From: Balanoglossus misakiensis
Taxonomy: Eukaryota > Animalia > Hemichordata
Assembly: GCA_040954595.2 (NCBI GenBank)
Contig: CM082597.2
Location: 5,957,244-6,021,243, forward strand
Reading direction: 5' to 3'
Length of the DNA stretch: 64,000 nt
The stretch's first letter is position 1, and each line of letters begins with the position of its first letter. The notes below the pieces were generated by a model that was not told the origin of the DNA, did no database searches, and saw only the letters and a list, made by a program, of their open reading frames with translations. A program made the position numbers and the translations under genes. Positions 52,801-64,000 of the stretch are shown here, one piece after another.

Positions 52801-55800
52801 GAGGTCGAAAAATTGACATTTCTGGATGATTTTCATGAGCTATAACCCATGGTTTTTATCAAAAAACCACCAAATTTTGACATTTCGCGAGGTCGAAAAA
52901 TTGACATTTCTGGATGATTTTCATGAGCTATAACCCATGGTTTTTATCGAAAAACCACCAAAATTTGAAAATTATCGAAGTCGAAAAATTGACACTTCTG
53001 GATGATTTTCATGAGCTATAACCCATGGTTTTTATCAAAAAACCACCAAATTTTGAAATTTCGCGAGGTCGAAAAATTGACATTTCTGGATGATTTTCAT
53101 GAGCTATAACCCATGGTTTTTATCAAAAAAACACCAAATTTTAAAATTTCGCGAGGTCGAAAAATTGACATTTCTGGATGATTTTCATGAGCTATAACCC
53201 ATGGTTTTTATCGAAAAACCACCAAATTTTGAAATTTCGCGAGGTCGAAAAATTGACATTTCTGGATGATTTTCATGAGCTATAACCCATGGTTTTTATC
53301 GAAAAACCACCAAATTTTGAAATTTCGCGAGGTCGAAAAATTGACATTTCTGGATGATTTTCATGAGCTATAACCCATGGTTTTTATCGAAAAACCACCA
53401 AATTTTGAAATTTCGCGAGGTCGAAAAATTGACATTTCTGGATGATTTTCATGAGCTATAACCCATGGTTTTTATCGAAAAACCACCAAATTTTGAAATT
53501 TCGCGAGGTCAAAAAATTGACATTTCTGGATGATTTTCATGAGCTATAACCCATGGTTTTTATCGAAAAACCACCAAATTTTGAAATTTCGCGAGGTCGA
53601 AAAATTGACATTTCTGGATGATTTTCATGAGCTATAACCCATGGTTTTTATCGAAAAACCACCAAAATTTGAAAATTATCGAAGTCGAAAAATTGACACT
53701 TCTGGATGATTTTCATGAGCTATAACCCATGGTTTTTATAAAAAAAACCACCAAATTTTGAAATTTCGCGAGGTCGAAAAATTGACATTTCTGGATGATT
53801 TTCATGAGCTATAACCCATGGTTTTTATCGAAAAACCACTAAATTTTGAAATTTCGCGAGGTCGAAAAATTGACATTTCTGGATGATTTTCATGAGCTAT
53901 AACCCATGGTTTTTATCGAAAAACCACTAAATTTTGAAATTTCGCGAGGTCGAAAAATTGACATTTCTGGATGATTTTCATGAGCTATAACCCATGGTTT
54001 TTATCGAAAAACCACCAAATTTTGAAATTTCGCGAGGTCGAAAAATTGACATTTCTGGATGATTTTCATGAGCTATAACCCATGGTTTTTATCAAAAAAC
54101 CACCAAATTTTGACATTTCGCGAGGTCGAAAAATTGACATTTCTGGATGATTTTCATGAGCTATAACCCATGGTTTTTATCAAAAAACCACCAAATTTTG
54201 AAATTTCGCGAGGTCGAAAAATTGACATTTCTGGATGATTTCCATGAGCTATAACCCATGGTTTTTATCAAAAAACCACCAAATTTTAAAATTTCGCGGG
54301 GTCGAAAAATTGACATTTCTGGATGATTTTCATGAGCTATAACCCATGGTTTTTATCGAAAAACCACCAAAATTTGAAAATTATCGAAGTCGAAAAATTG
54401 ACACTTCTGGATGATTTTCATGAGCTATAACCCATGGTTTTTTATCAAAAAACCACCAAATTTTGACATTTCGCGAGGTCGAAAAATTGACATTTCTGGA
54501 TGATTTTCATGAGCTATAACCCATGGTTTTTATCGAAAAACCACCAAATTTTGAAATTTCGCGAGGTCGAAAAATTGACATTTCTGGATGATTTTCATGA
54601 GCTATAACCCATGGTTTTTATCGAAAAACCACTAAATTTTGAAATTTCGCGAGGTCGAAAAATTGACATTTCTGGATGATTTTCATGAGCTATAACCCAT
54701 GGTTTTTATCGAAAAACCACCAAATTTTGAAATTTCGCGAGGTCGAAAAATTGACATTTCTGGATGATTTTCATGAGCTATAACCCATGGTTTTTATCGA
54801 AAAACCACCAAATTTTGAAATTTCGAGAGGTCGAAAAATTGACATTTCTGGATGATTTTCATGAGCTATAACCCATGGTTTTTATCAAAAAACCACCAAA
54901 TTTTGACATTTCGCGAGGTCGAAAAATTGACATTTCTGGATGATTTTCATGAGCTATAACCCATGGTTTTTATCAAAAAACCACCAAATTTTGAAATTTC
55001 GCGAGGTCGAAAAATTGACATTTCTGGATGATTTCCATGAGCTATAACCCATGGTTTTTATCAAAAAACCACCAAATTTTAAAATTTCGCGAGGTCGAAA
55101 AATTGACATTTCTGGATGATTTTCATGAGCTATAACCCATGGTTTTAATCGAAAAACCACCAAAATTTGAAAATTATTGAAGTCGAAAAATTGACACTTC
55201 TGGATGATTTTCATGAGCTATAACCCATGGTTTTTATCGAAAAACCACCAAATTTTGAAATTTCGCGAGGTCGAAAAATTGACATTTCTGGATGATTTTC
55301 ATGAGCTATAACCCATGGTTTTTATCGAAAAACCACCAAATTTTGAAATTTCGCGAGGTCGAAAAATTGACATTTCTGGATGATTTTCATGAGCTATAAC
55401 CCATGGTTTTTATCAAAAAACCACCAAATTTTGACATTTCGCGAGGTCGAAAAATTGACATTTCTGGATGATTTTCATGAGCTATAACCCATGGTTTTTA
55501 TCAAAAAACCACCAAATTTTGAAATTTCGGGAGGTCGAAAAATTGACATTTCTGGATGATTTCCAAGAGCTATAACCCATGGTTTTTATCAAAAAACCAC
55601 TAAATTTTAAAATTTCGCGAGGTCGAAAAATTGACATTTCTGGATGATTTTCATGAGCTATAACCCATGGTTTTTATCGAAAAACCACCAAATTTTGAAA
55701 TTTCGCGAGGTCGAAAAATTGACATTTCTGGATGATTTTCATGAGCTATAACCCATGGTTTTTATCGAAAAACCACCAAATTTTGAAATTTCGCGAAGAC

Positions 55801-57042
55801 CAAAAAATTGACACTTCTGGATGATTTTCATGAGCTATAACCCATGGTTTTTATCGAAAAACCACCAAATTTTGAAATTTCGCGAGGTCGAAAAATTGAC
55901 ATTTCTGGATGATTTTCATGAGCTATAACCCATGGTTTTTATCGAAAAACCACCAAATTTTGAAATTTCGCGAGGTCAAAAAATTGACATTTCTGGATGA
56001 TTTTCATGAGCAATAACCCATGGTTTTTAACGAAAAACCACCACATTTTGAAATTTCGCGAGGTCGAAAAATTGACATTTCTGGATGATTTTCATGAGCT
56101 ATAACCCATGGTTTTTATCAAAAAACCACCAAATTTTAAAATTTCGCGAGGTCGAAAAATTTACATTTCTGGATGATTTTCATGAGCTATAACCCATGGT
56201 TTTTATCGAAAAACCTCCAAATTTTGAAATTTCGCGAGGTCGAAAAATTGACATTTCTGGATGATTTTCATGAGCTATAACCCATGGTTTTTATCGAAAA
56301 ACCACCAAATTTTGAAATTTCGCGAAGACCAAAAAATTAACACTTCTGGATGATTTTCATGAGCTATAACCCATGGTTTTTATCAAAAAACCACCAAATT
56401 TTGAAATTTCGCGAGGTCGAAAAATTGACATTTCTGGATGATTTTCATGAGCTATAACCCATGGTTTTTATCGAAAAACCACCAAATTTGAAAATTCGCG
56501 AAGTCGAAAAATTGACACTTCTGGATGATTTTCATGAGCTATAACCCATGGTTTTTATCAAAAAACCACCAAATTTTGACATTTCGCGAGGTCGAAAAAT
56601 TGACATTTCTGGATGATTTTCATGAGCTATAACCCATGGTTTTTATCGAAAAACCACCAAATTTTGAAATTTCGCGAGGTCGAAAAATTGACATTTCTGG
56701 ATGATTTTCATGAGCTATAACCCATGGTTTTTATCGAAAAACCACCAAATTTTGAAATTTCGCGAGGTCGAAAAATTGACATTTCTTGATGATTTTCATG
56801 AGCTATAACCCATGGTTTTTATGGAAAAACCACCAAATTTTGAAATTTCGCGAGGTCGAAAAATTGACATTTCTGGATGATTTTCATGAGCTATAACCCA
56901 TGGTTTGTATCGAAAAACCACCAAATTTTGAAATTTCGCGTGGTCGAAAAATTGACATTTCTGGATGATTTTCATGAGCTATAACCCATGGTTTTTATCA
57001 AAAAACCACCAAATTTTGAAATTTCGCGAGGTCGAAAAATTG
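19756..57042 (+). repeat. 88-bp tandem satellite DNA, forward block (interrupted at 36011-36828)
   Basis: Consensus atgagctataacccatggtttttatcgaaaaaccaccaaattttgaaatttcgcgaggtcgaaaaattgacatttctggatgattttc; period 88 measured (e.g. 21961 to 22049). Confidence 0.99.
36011..36828. mobile_element. ~0.8-kb non-coding insertion with two abutting inverted-repeat pairs (A..A' B..B'), possibly tyrosine-recombinase-mobilised (Crypton/DIRS-like)
   Basis: Splits a monomer at tttatcg|aaaaacc. A ttatcacatacatagctccgc / A' gcggatctatgtatgtgataa; B atataattcccccgtatt / B' aatacgggggaattatat; no clear TSD. Confidence 0.8.
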
Positions 57043-60000
57043 CTCATGAAAATCATCCAAAAATGTCAATTTTTCGACCTCGCGAAATTTCAAAATTTGG
57101 TGGTTTTTCGATAAAAACCATGGGTTATAGCTCATGAAAATCATCCAGAAATGTCAATTTTTCGACCTCGCGAAATTTCAAAATTTGGTGGTATTTTGAT
57201 AAAAACCATGGGTTATAGCTCATGAAAATCATCCAGAAATGTCAATTTTTCGACCTCGCGAAATTTCAAAATTTGGTGGTTTTTTGATAAAAACCATGGG
57301 TTATAGCTCATGAAAATCATCCAGAAATGTCAATTTTTCGACCTCGCTAAATTTCAAAATTTGGTGGTTTTTTGATAAAAACCATGGGTTATAGCTCATG
57401 AAAATCATCCAGAAATGTCAATTTTTCGACCTCGCGAAATTTCAAAATTTGGTGGTTTTTCGATAAAAACCATGGGTTATAGCTCATGAAAATCATCCAG
57501 ACATGTCAATTTTTCGACCTCGCGAAATTTCAAAATTTGGTGTTTTTTTGATAAAAACCATAGGTTATAGCTCATGAAAATCATCCAAAAATGTCAATTT
57601 TTCGACCTCGCGAAATTTCAAAATTTGGTGGTTTTTTGATAAAAACCATAGGTTATAGCTCATGAAAATCATCCAAAAATGTCAATTTTTCGACCTCGCG
57701 AAATTTCAAAATTTGGTGGTTTTTCGATAAAAACCATGGGTTATAGCTCATGAAAATCATCCAGAAATGTCAATTTTTCGACCTCGCGAAATTTCAAAAT
57801 TTGGTGGTTTTTTTTTTATAAAAACCATGGGTTATAGCTCATGAAAATCATCCAGAAATGTCAATTTTTCGACCTCGCTAAATTTCAAAATTTGGTGGTT
57901 TTTTGATAAAAACCATGGGTTATAGCTCATGAAAATCATCCAGAAATGTCAATTTTTCGACCTCGCGAAATTTCAAAATTTGGTGGTTTTTCGATAAAAA
58001 CCATGGGTTATAGCTCATGAAAATCATCCAGACATGTCAATTTTTCGACCTCGCGAAATTTCAAAATTTGGTGGTATTTTGATAAAAACCATGGGTTATA
58101 GCTCATGAAAATCATCCAGAAATGTCAATTTTTCGACCTCGCGAAATTTCAAAATTTGGTGGTTTTTTGATAAAAACCATGGGTTATAGCTCATGAAAAT
58201 CATCCAGAAATGTCAATTTTTCGACCTCGCTAAATTTCAAAATTTGGTGGTTTTTTGATAAAAACCATGGGTTATAGCTCATGAAAATCATCCAGAAATG
58301 TCAATTTTTCGACCTCGCGAAATTTCAAAATTTGGTGGTTTTTCGATAAAAACCATGGGTTATAGCTCATGAAAATCATCCAGACATGTCAATTATTCGA
58401 CCTCGCGAAATTTCAAAATTTGGTGTTTTTTTGATAAAAACCATAGGTTATAGCTCATGAAAATCATCCAAAAATGTCAATTTTTCGACCTCGCGAAATT
58501 TCAAAATTTGGTGGTTTTTTGATAAAAACCATAGGTTATAGCTCATGAAAATCATCCAAAAATGTCAATTTTTCGACCTCGCGAAATTTCAAAATTTGGT
58601 GGTTTTTCGATAAAAACCATGGGTTATAGCTCATGAAAATCATCCAGAAATGTCAATTTTTCGACCTCGCGAAATTTCAAAATTTGGTGGTTTTTTTTTT
58701 ATAAAAACCATGGGTTATAGCTCATGAAAATCATCCAGAAATGTCAATTTTTCGACCTCGCTAAATTTCAAAATTTGGTGGTTTTTTGATAAAAACCATG
58801 GGTTATAGCTCATGAAAATCATCCAGAAATGTCAATTTTTCGACCTCGCGAAATTTCAAAATTTGGTGGTTTTTCGATAAAAACCATGGGTTATAGCTCA
58901 TGAAAATCATCCAGACATGTCAATTTTTCGACCTCGCGAAATTTCAAAATTTGGTGGTTTTTTGATAAAAACCATAGGTTATAGCTCATGAAAATCATCC
59001 AAAAATGTCAATTTTTCGACCTCGCGAAATTTCAAAATTTGGTGGTTTTTTGATAAAAACCATAGGTTATAGCTCATGAAAATCATCCAAAAATGTCAAT
59101 TTTTCGACCTCGCGAAATTTCAAAATTTGGTGGTTTTTCGATAAAAACCATGGGTTATAGCTCATGAAAATCATCCAGAAATGTCAATTTTTCGACCTCG
59201 CGAAATTTCAAAATTTGGTGGGTTTTTTTTTTATAAAAACCATGGGTTATAGCTCATGAAAATCATCCAGAAATGTCAATTTTTCGACTTCGCGAAATTT
59301 AAGAATTTGGTGGGTTTTTTTTTATAAAAACCATGGGTTATAGCACATGAAAATCATCCAGAAATGTCAATTTTTCGACTTCACGAAATTTAAAAATTTG
59401 GTGGTTTTTTGATAAAAACCATGGGTTATAGCTCATGAAAATCATCCAGAAGTGTCAATTTTTTGACTTCGCGAATTTTCAAAATTTGGTCGCTTTTTGA
59501 TAAAAACCATGGGTTATAGCTCATTAAAATCATCCAGAAATGTCAATTTTTCGACTTCGCGAAATTTCAACATTTGGTGGTTTTTCGATAAAAACCTTGG
59601 GTTATAACTCATGAAAATCATCCAGAAATGTCAATTTTTCGACCTCGCGAAATTTCAAAATTTGGTGGTTTTTTGATAAAAACCATAGGTTATAGCTCAT
59701 GAAAATCATCCAGAAATGTCAATTTTTCGACTTCGCGAAATTTCAAAATTTGATCGTTTTTTGATAAAAACCATAGGTTATAGCTCATGAAAATCATCCA
59801 AAAATGTCAATTTTTCGACCTCGCGAAATTTCAAAATTTGGTGGTTTTTCGATAAAAGCCACGGGTTATAGCTCATGAAAATCATCCAGAAATGTCAATT
59901 TTTCGACTTCGCGAAATTTCAAAATTTGGTCATTTTTTGATAAAAACCACGGGTTATAGCTCATGAAAATCATCCAGAAATGTCAATTTTTCGACTTCGC

Positions 60001-61920
60001 GAAATTTCAAAATTTGATCGTTTTTTGATAAAAACCATGGTTTATAGCTCATGAAAATCATCCAGAAATGTCAATTTTTCGACCTCGCGAAATTTCAAAA
60101 TTTGGTGGTTTTTTGATAAAAACCATGGGTTATAGCTCATGAAAATCATCCAGAAATGTCAATTTTTCGACCTCGCGAAATTTCAAAATTTGGTGGTTTT
60201 TTGATAAAAACCATGGGTTATAGCTCATGAAAATCATCCAGAAATGTCAATTTTTCGACTTCGCGAAATTTCAAAATTTGGTGGTTTTTCGATAAAAACC
60301 ATGGGTTATAGCTCATGAAAATCATCCAGAAATGTCAATTTTTCGACTTCGCGAAATTTCAAAATTTGGTGGTTTTTCGATAAAAACCATGGGTTATAGC
60401 TCATGAAAATCATCCAGAAATGTCAATTTTTCGACCTCGCGAAATTTCAAAATTTGGTGGTTTTTTGATAAAAACCACGGGTTATAGCTCATGAAAATCA
60501 TCCAGAAATGTCAATTTTTCGACTTCGCGAAATTTCAAAATTGGGTGGTTTTTTAATAAAAACCACGGGTTATAGCTCATGAAAATCATCCAGAAATGTC
60601 AATTTTTCGACTTCGCGAAATTTCAGAATTTGGTGGTTTTTTGATAAAAACCGTGGGTTATAGCTCATGAAAATCATCCAGAAATGTCAATTTTTCGACT
60701 TCGCGAAATTTCAAAATTTGATCGTTTTTTGATAAAAACCATGGGTTATAGCACATGAAAATCATCCAAGATGTCAATTTTTCGACTTCGCGAAATTTCA
60801 AAATTTGGTGGTTTTTTGATAAAAACCATGGGTTATAGCTCATGAAAATCATCCAGAAATGTCAATTTTTCGACCTCGCGAAATTTCAAAATTTGGTGGT
60901 TTTTCGATAAAAACCATGGGTTATAGCTCATGAAAATTATCCAGAAATGTCAATTTTTCGACTTCGCGAAATTTCAGAATTTGGTGGTTTTTTGATAAAA
61001 ACCATGGGTTATAGCTCATGAAAATCATCCAGAAATGTCAATTTTTCGACTTCGCGAAATTTCAGAATTTGGTGGTTTTTTGATAAAAACCATGGGTTAT
61101 AACTCATGAAAATTATCCAGAAATGTCAATTTTTCGACCTCGCGAAATTTCAAAATTTGGTGGTTTTTCGATAAAAACCACGGGTTATAGCTCATGAAAA
61201 TCATCCAGAAATGTCAATTTTTCGACTTCGCGAAATTTCAAAATTTGGTGGTTTTTCGATAAAAACCATGGGTTATAGCTCATGAAAATCATCCAGAAAT
61301 GTCAATTTTTCGACCTCGCGAAATTTCAAAATTTGGTGGTTTTTTGATAAAAACCACGGGTTATAGCTCATGAAAATCATCCAGAAATGTCAATTTTTCG
61401 ACCTCGCGAAATTTCAAAATTTGGTGGTTTTTTGATAAAAACCACGGGTTATAGCTCATGAAAATCATCCAGAAATGTCAATTTTTCGACTTCGCGAAAT
61501 TTCAAAATTGGGTGATTTTTTAATAAAAACCACGGGTTATAGCTCATGAAAATCATCCAGAAATGTCAATTTTTCGACTTCGCGAAATTTCAGAATTTGG
61601 TGGTTTTTTGATAAAAACCACGGGTTATAGCTCATGAAAATCATCCAGAAATGTCAATTTTTCGACTTCGCGAAATTTCAAAATTTGATCGTTTTTTGAT
61701 AAAAACCATGGGTTATAGCTCATGAAAATCATCCAAGATGTCAATTTTTCGACTTCGCGAAATTTCAAAATTTGGTGGTTTTTTGATAAAAACCTCGGGT
61801 TATAGCTCATGAAAATCATCCAGAAATGTCAATTTTTCGACTTCGCGAAATTTCAAAATTTGATAATTTTTTGATAAAAACCATGGTTTATAGCTCATGA
61901 AAATCATCCAGAAATGTCAA
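57043..61920 (-). repeat. 88-bp satellite, inverted block (~55 monomers)
   Basis: Reverse-complement monomers start at junction gtcgaaaaattg|ctcatgaaaatc. Confidence 0.98.
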
Positions 61921-62291
61921 TTTTGAAATTTCGCAAAGTCGAAAAATTGTCATTTTTGGATGATTTTCATGAGCTATAACTCATGATTTTTGTCAAAAAT
62001 GAAGAAATTTTGAAATTTCGCAAAGTCGAAAAATGGTCATTTTTGGATGATTTTCATGAGCTATAACCCATGATTTTTGTCAAAAAATGAAGATATTTTA
62101 AAATTTCGCGAAGTCGAAAAATGGTCATTTTTGGATGATTTTCATGAGCTAGAACCCATGATTTTTGTCAAAAAATGAAGATATTTTGAATTTTCGCAAA
62201 GTCGAAAAATTGTCATTTTTGGATGATTTTCATGACCTATAACCCATGATTTTTGTCAAAAAATGAAGATATTTTGAAATTTCGCAAAGTC
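61921..62291 (+). repeat. 88-bp satellite, terminal forward block of ~4 diverged monomers
   Basis: Variants gcaaagtc, tcatttttgg, gatttttgtcaa, atgaagat. Confidence 0.93.
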
Positions 62292-62584
62292 TGCTTGTGG
62301 TATATGGTCACCTCTAATGTACGTATGCATATTTATGGTCGAAAGGGTTGATTGGTGTAGGAGAACACTTCATAAGACTGTAGAATTAATCACACAAGAC
62401 GACAAAAATTGTATGCTAGAGATGGTTTTATTTCTATGATGCTATCATGTGCTTTGAGAACAAAGCAGTCTAAACAGGTAATTATGTTTGAGGATGAGTT
62501 AATGTGGTTTGAAAATAACTACTACCAGTCACCTAAGCATGCATTATTTTTATCTGCTGTATTTGTGTCGAATCCAATCCCTGT

Positions 62585-62805
62585 CTACAGAGCCATAACC
62601 TCGAATTCACACATATGCAACTGCTGCTCTCTGTCGATGAGTTGAATGCTGACGTAGCGGCCGCTCATTGGCGTCTCACAGCCACATCTGACATGAATCG
62701 GCTGTTCCTTGGCCATTCTACCAAGTATCATCATCCCGCACACTGGATTTTCTTTGAAGTTTGCACTGTTGCCAACACGTATTTCTCCACTCTTAATGCG
62801 GAAGG
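62585..62805 (-). CDS. F-type lectin (fucolectin/FTP domain) protein, last exon
   Basis: tttcag|(P)FRIKSGEIRVGNS..NPVCG..CGCETPMSGRYVSIQL..LHMCEFEVM-AL-stop: C-terminal half of an FTP domain. Confidence 0.9.
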
Positions 62806-63065
62806 CTGAAAGAGATTTAGACATTGTAATACCTTCATGAGAGGTCTTATAAAGAGATGCCGAAAACCGGGCCCTGGAAACAAAAAGTTTCCTGCTCAAG
62901 AACAACGTAAGAAATTATGTGCACATGGATAGGACGCCATTACAATCAAGTAAACCCCTGCTAAACACAACGGGAAATCCCATACAACAAGAGGGCGCTA
63001 GACCGCCAACAAAAGTTTGGCTGACTGGCAACTAGAAGGCATTCTTAATACTTGATAGAACTTAC

Positions 63066-63305
63066 GACAGCAATCTCCTCTGTTGGTGATCACAATCTCG
63101 TATATATCATAGGCGCGTCCTAAATCCACTTTCCACCATGGCTGGTATTCTTTGTTGGTCCAGGAGCATGCGCCGGATGAAACATCACTGTTGTAGTTTC
63201 CGTCCACGGCATTAGATGCTGCGCCGTCTTTTTTCGGTTTGTCTGAGCTCTGTGTAGCCTGCTTTCCACGGGCGACATTTTGAATGCCAGGTGGGAATTC
63301 ACAGG
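63066..63305 (-). CDS. F-type lectin protein, penultimate exon
   Basis: NVARGKQATQSS..ASNAVDGN..CSWT..PWWKVDLG..IVITNRGDCC; cctag| acceptor and C|gtaagt donor. Confidence 0.92.
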
Positions 63306-63776
63306 CTAGGCGGTGTGAGAAGAAAGTGTTACACGTGTTTTAAATGGTGACACTCATTGACAACGGAAATCAGTCAGCCAATAACTGCAGGGCTTTGATC
63401 GCATTAAATGGTCATTCTCTGTCTGGTTTTTACATTAATTAAAACATGTATTGTTGTTAGCTTATCAAGTTATTGGGTAATCAGCTGAAGAGATTTGAAC
63501 GCGTTTTCGAGCTCTGTAAAAGACAGGTCACTTTCTAAGGTTAAAGGTGAGAGCAACGTCTCAACTTTTAGAAGGGCCAACGCCTGCATAGCACCCTTTA
63601 TAGCAAACAGTGTTGAGATATATGCAGTCTATGAACGCTAACATGACATGATTTGCACCAGTGAGCTCCCATAAGGGGATAGTCTTATCCTCTGATCAAA
63701 AGAAAATCATTATATCGCTTTTCCATCAAAAAACACTAAATTGAATTAAGATAAAATTTATAAAGCTCCAACTCAC

Positions 63777-63812
63777 GTGGTAATGTGGGAATATAGGTTG
63801 TTTCAGGAATGT
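63777..63812 (-). CDS. F-type lectin gene, small 36-nt linker exon (IPETTYIPTLP); gene continues beyond window
   Basis: ttttttcag| acceptor and C|gtgagt donor, phase 1/1. Confidence 0.6.
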
Positions 63813-64000
63813 CTGAAAAAATACAAATACAATAATTGTTAATCACAGATATTTTTATCATGATGACAAATGTAATTTCATCATTATCAAATCATCTTCA
63901 CAAATGCGAACACTCGAAAATCATGAAAAAAGCCTAAATGGAGATATGCAAATCTTTTCTATCAACTACCATATTCTGCCCATGCATCTAACAATATCAC

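Noticed and set aside
31135-61819. Short ORFs within the satellite (31135, 54954, 60658, 61625)
   Set aside because: Chance products of single indels or substitutions in 88-bp monomers.
19756-62291. CRISPR-like array of regular repeats
   Set aside because: No unique spacers; monomers are contiguous head-to-tail; eukaryotic context and no cas genes.

Overview
Eukaryotic (intron-containing, probably marine invertebrate deuterostome) genomic DNA. The left 19 kb holds three genes. The first is a minus-strand SAMD9/SAMD9L-like antiviral STAND NTPase that runs off the left edge and is missing from the ORF track. It has an unusual N-terminal extension: basic region, ubiquitin-like domain ending in GLKGG, two SAM domains, a 31-aa repeat and an unassigned domain, followed by the AlbA_2, SIR2-like and P-loop regions. 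The second is a FAM111-like trypsin-fold serine protease, head-to-head with the first. The third is a convergent SLC16/MCT-type MFS transporter with poly-Asp tracts. Several MITEs lie in the introns and the intergenic gap. About 19.7-62.3 kb is an 88-bp tandem satellite (roughly 470-480 monomers by length) with three orientation switches, multi-monomer block duplications and one ~0.8-kb inserted element with two pairs of inverted repeats. The right end holds the 3' exons of an F-type lectin gene. The best candidate for an undescribed system is the divergent UBL-SAMD9-like / FAM111-protease pair. Gene models were built by hand from GT/AG sites and phase consistency, without transcript evidence.
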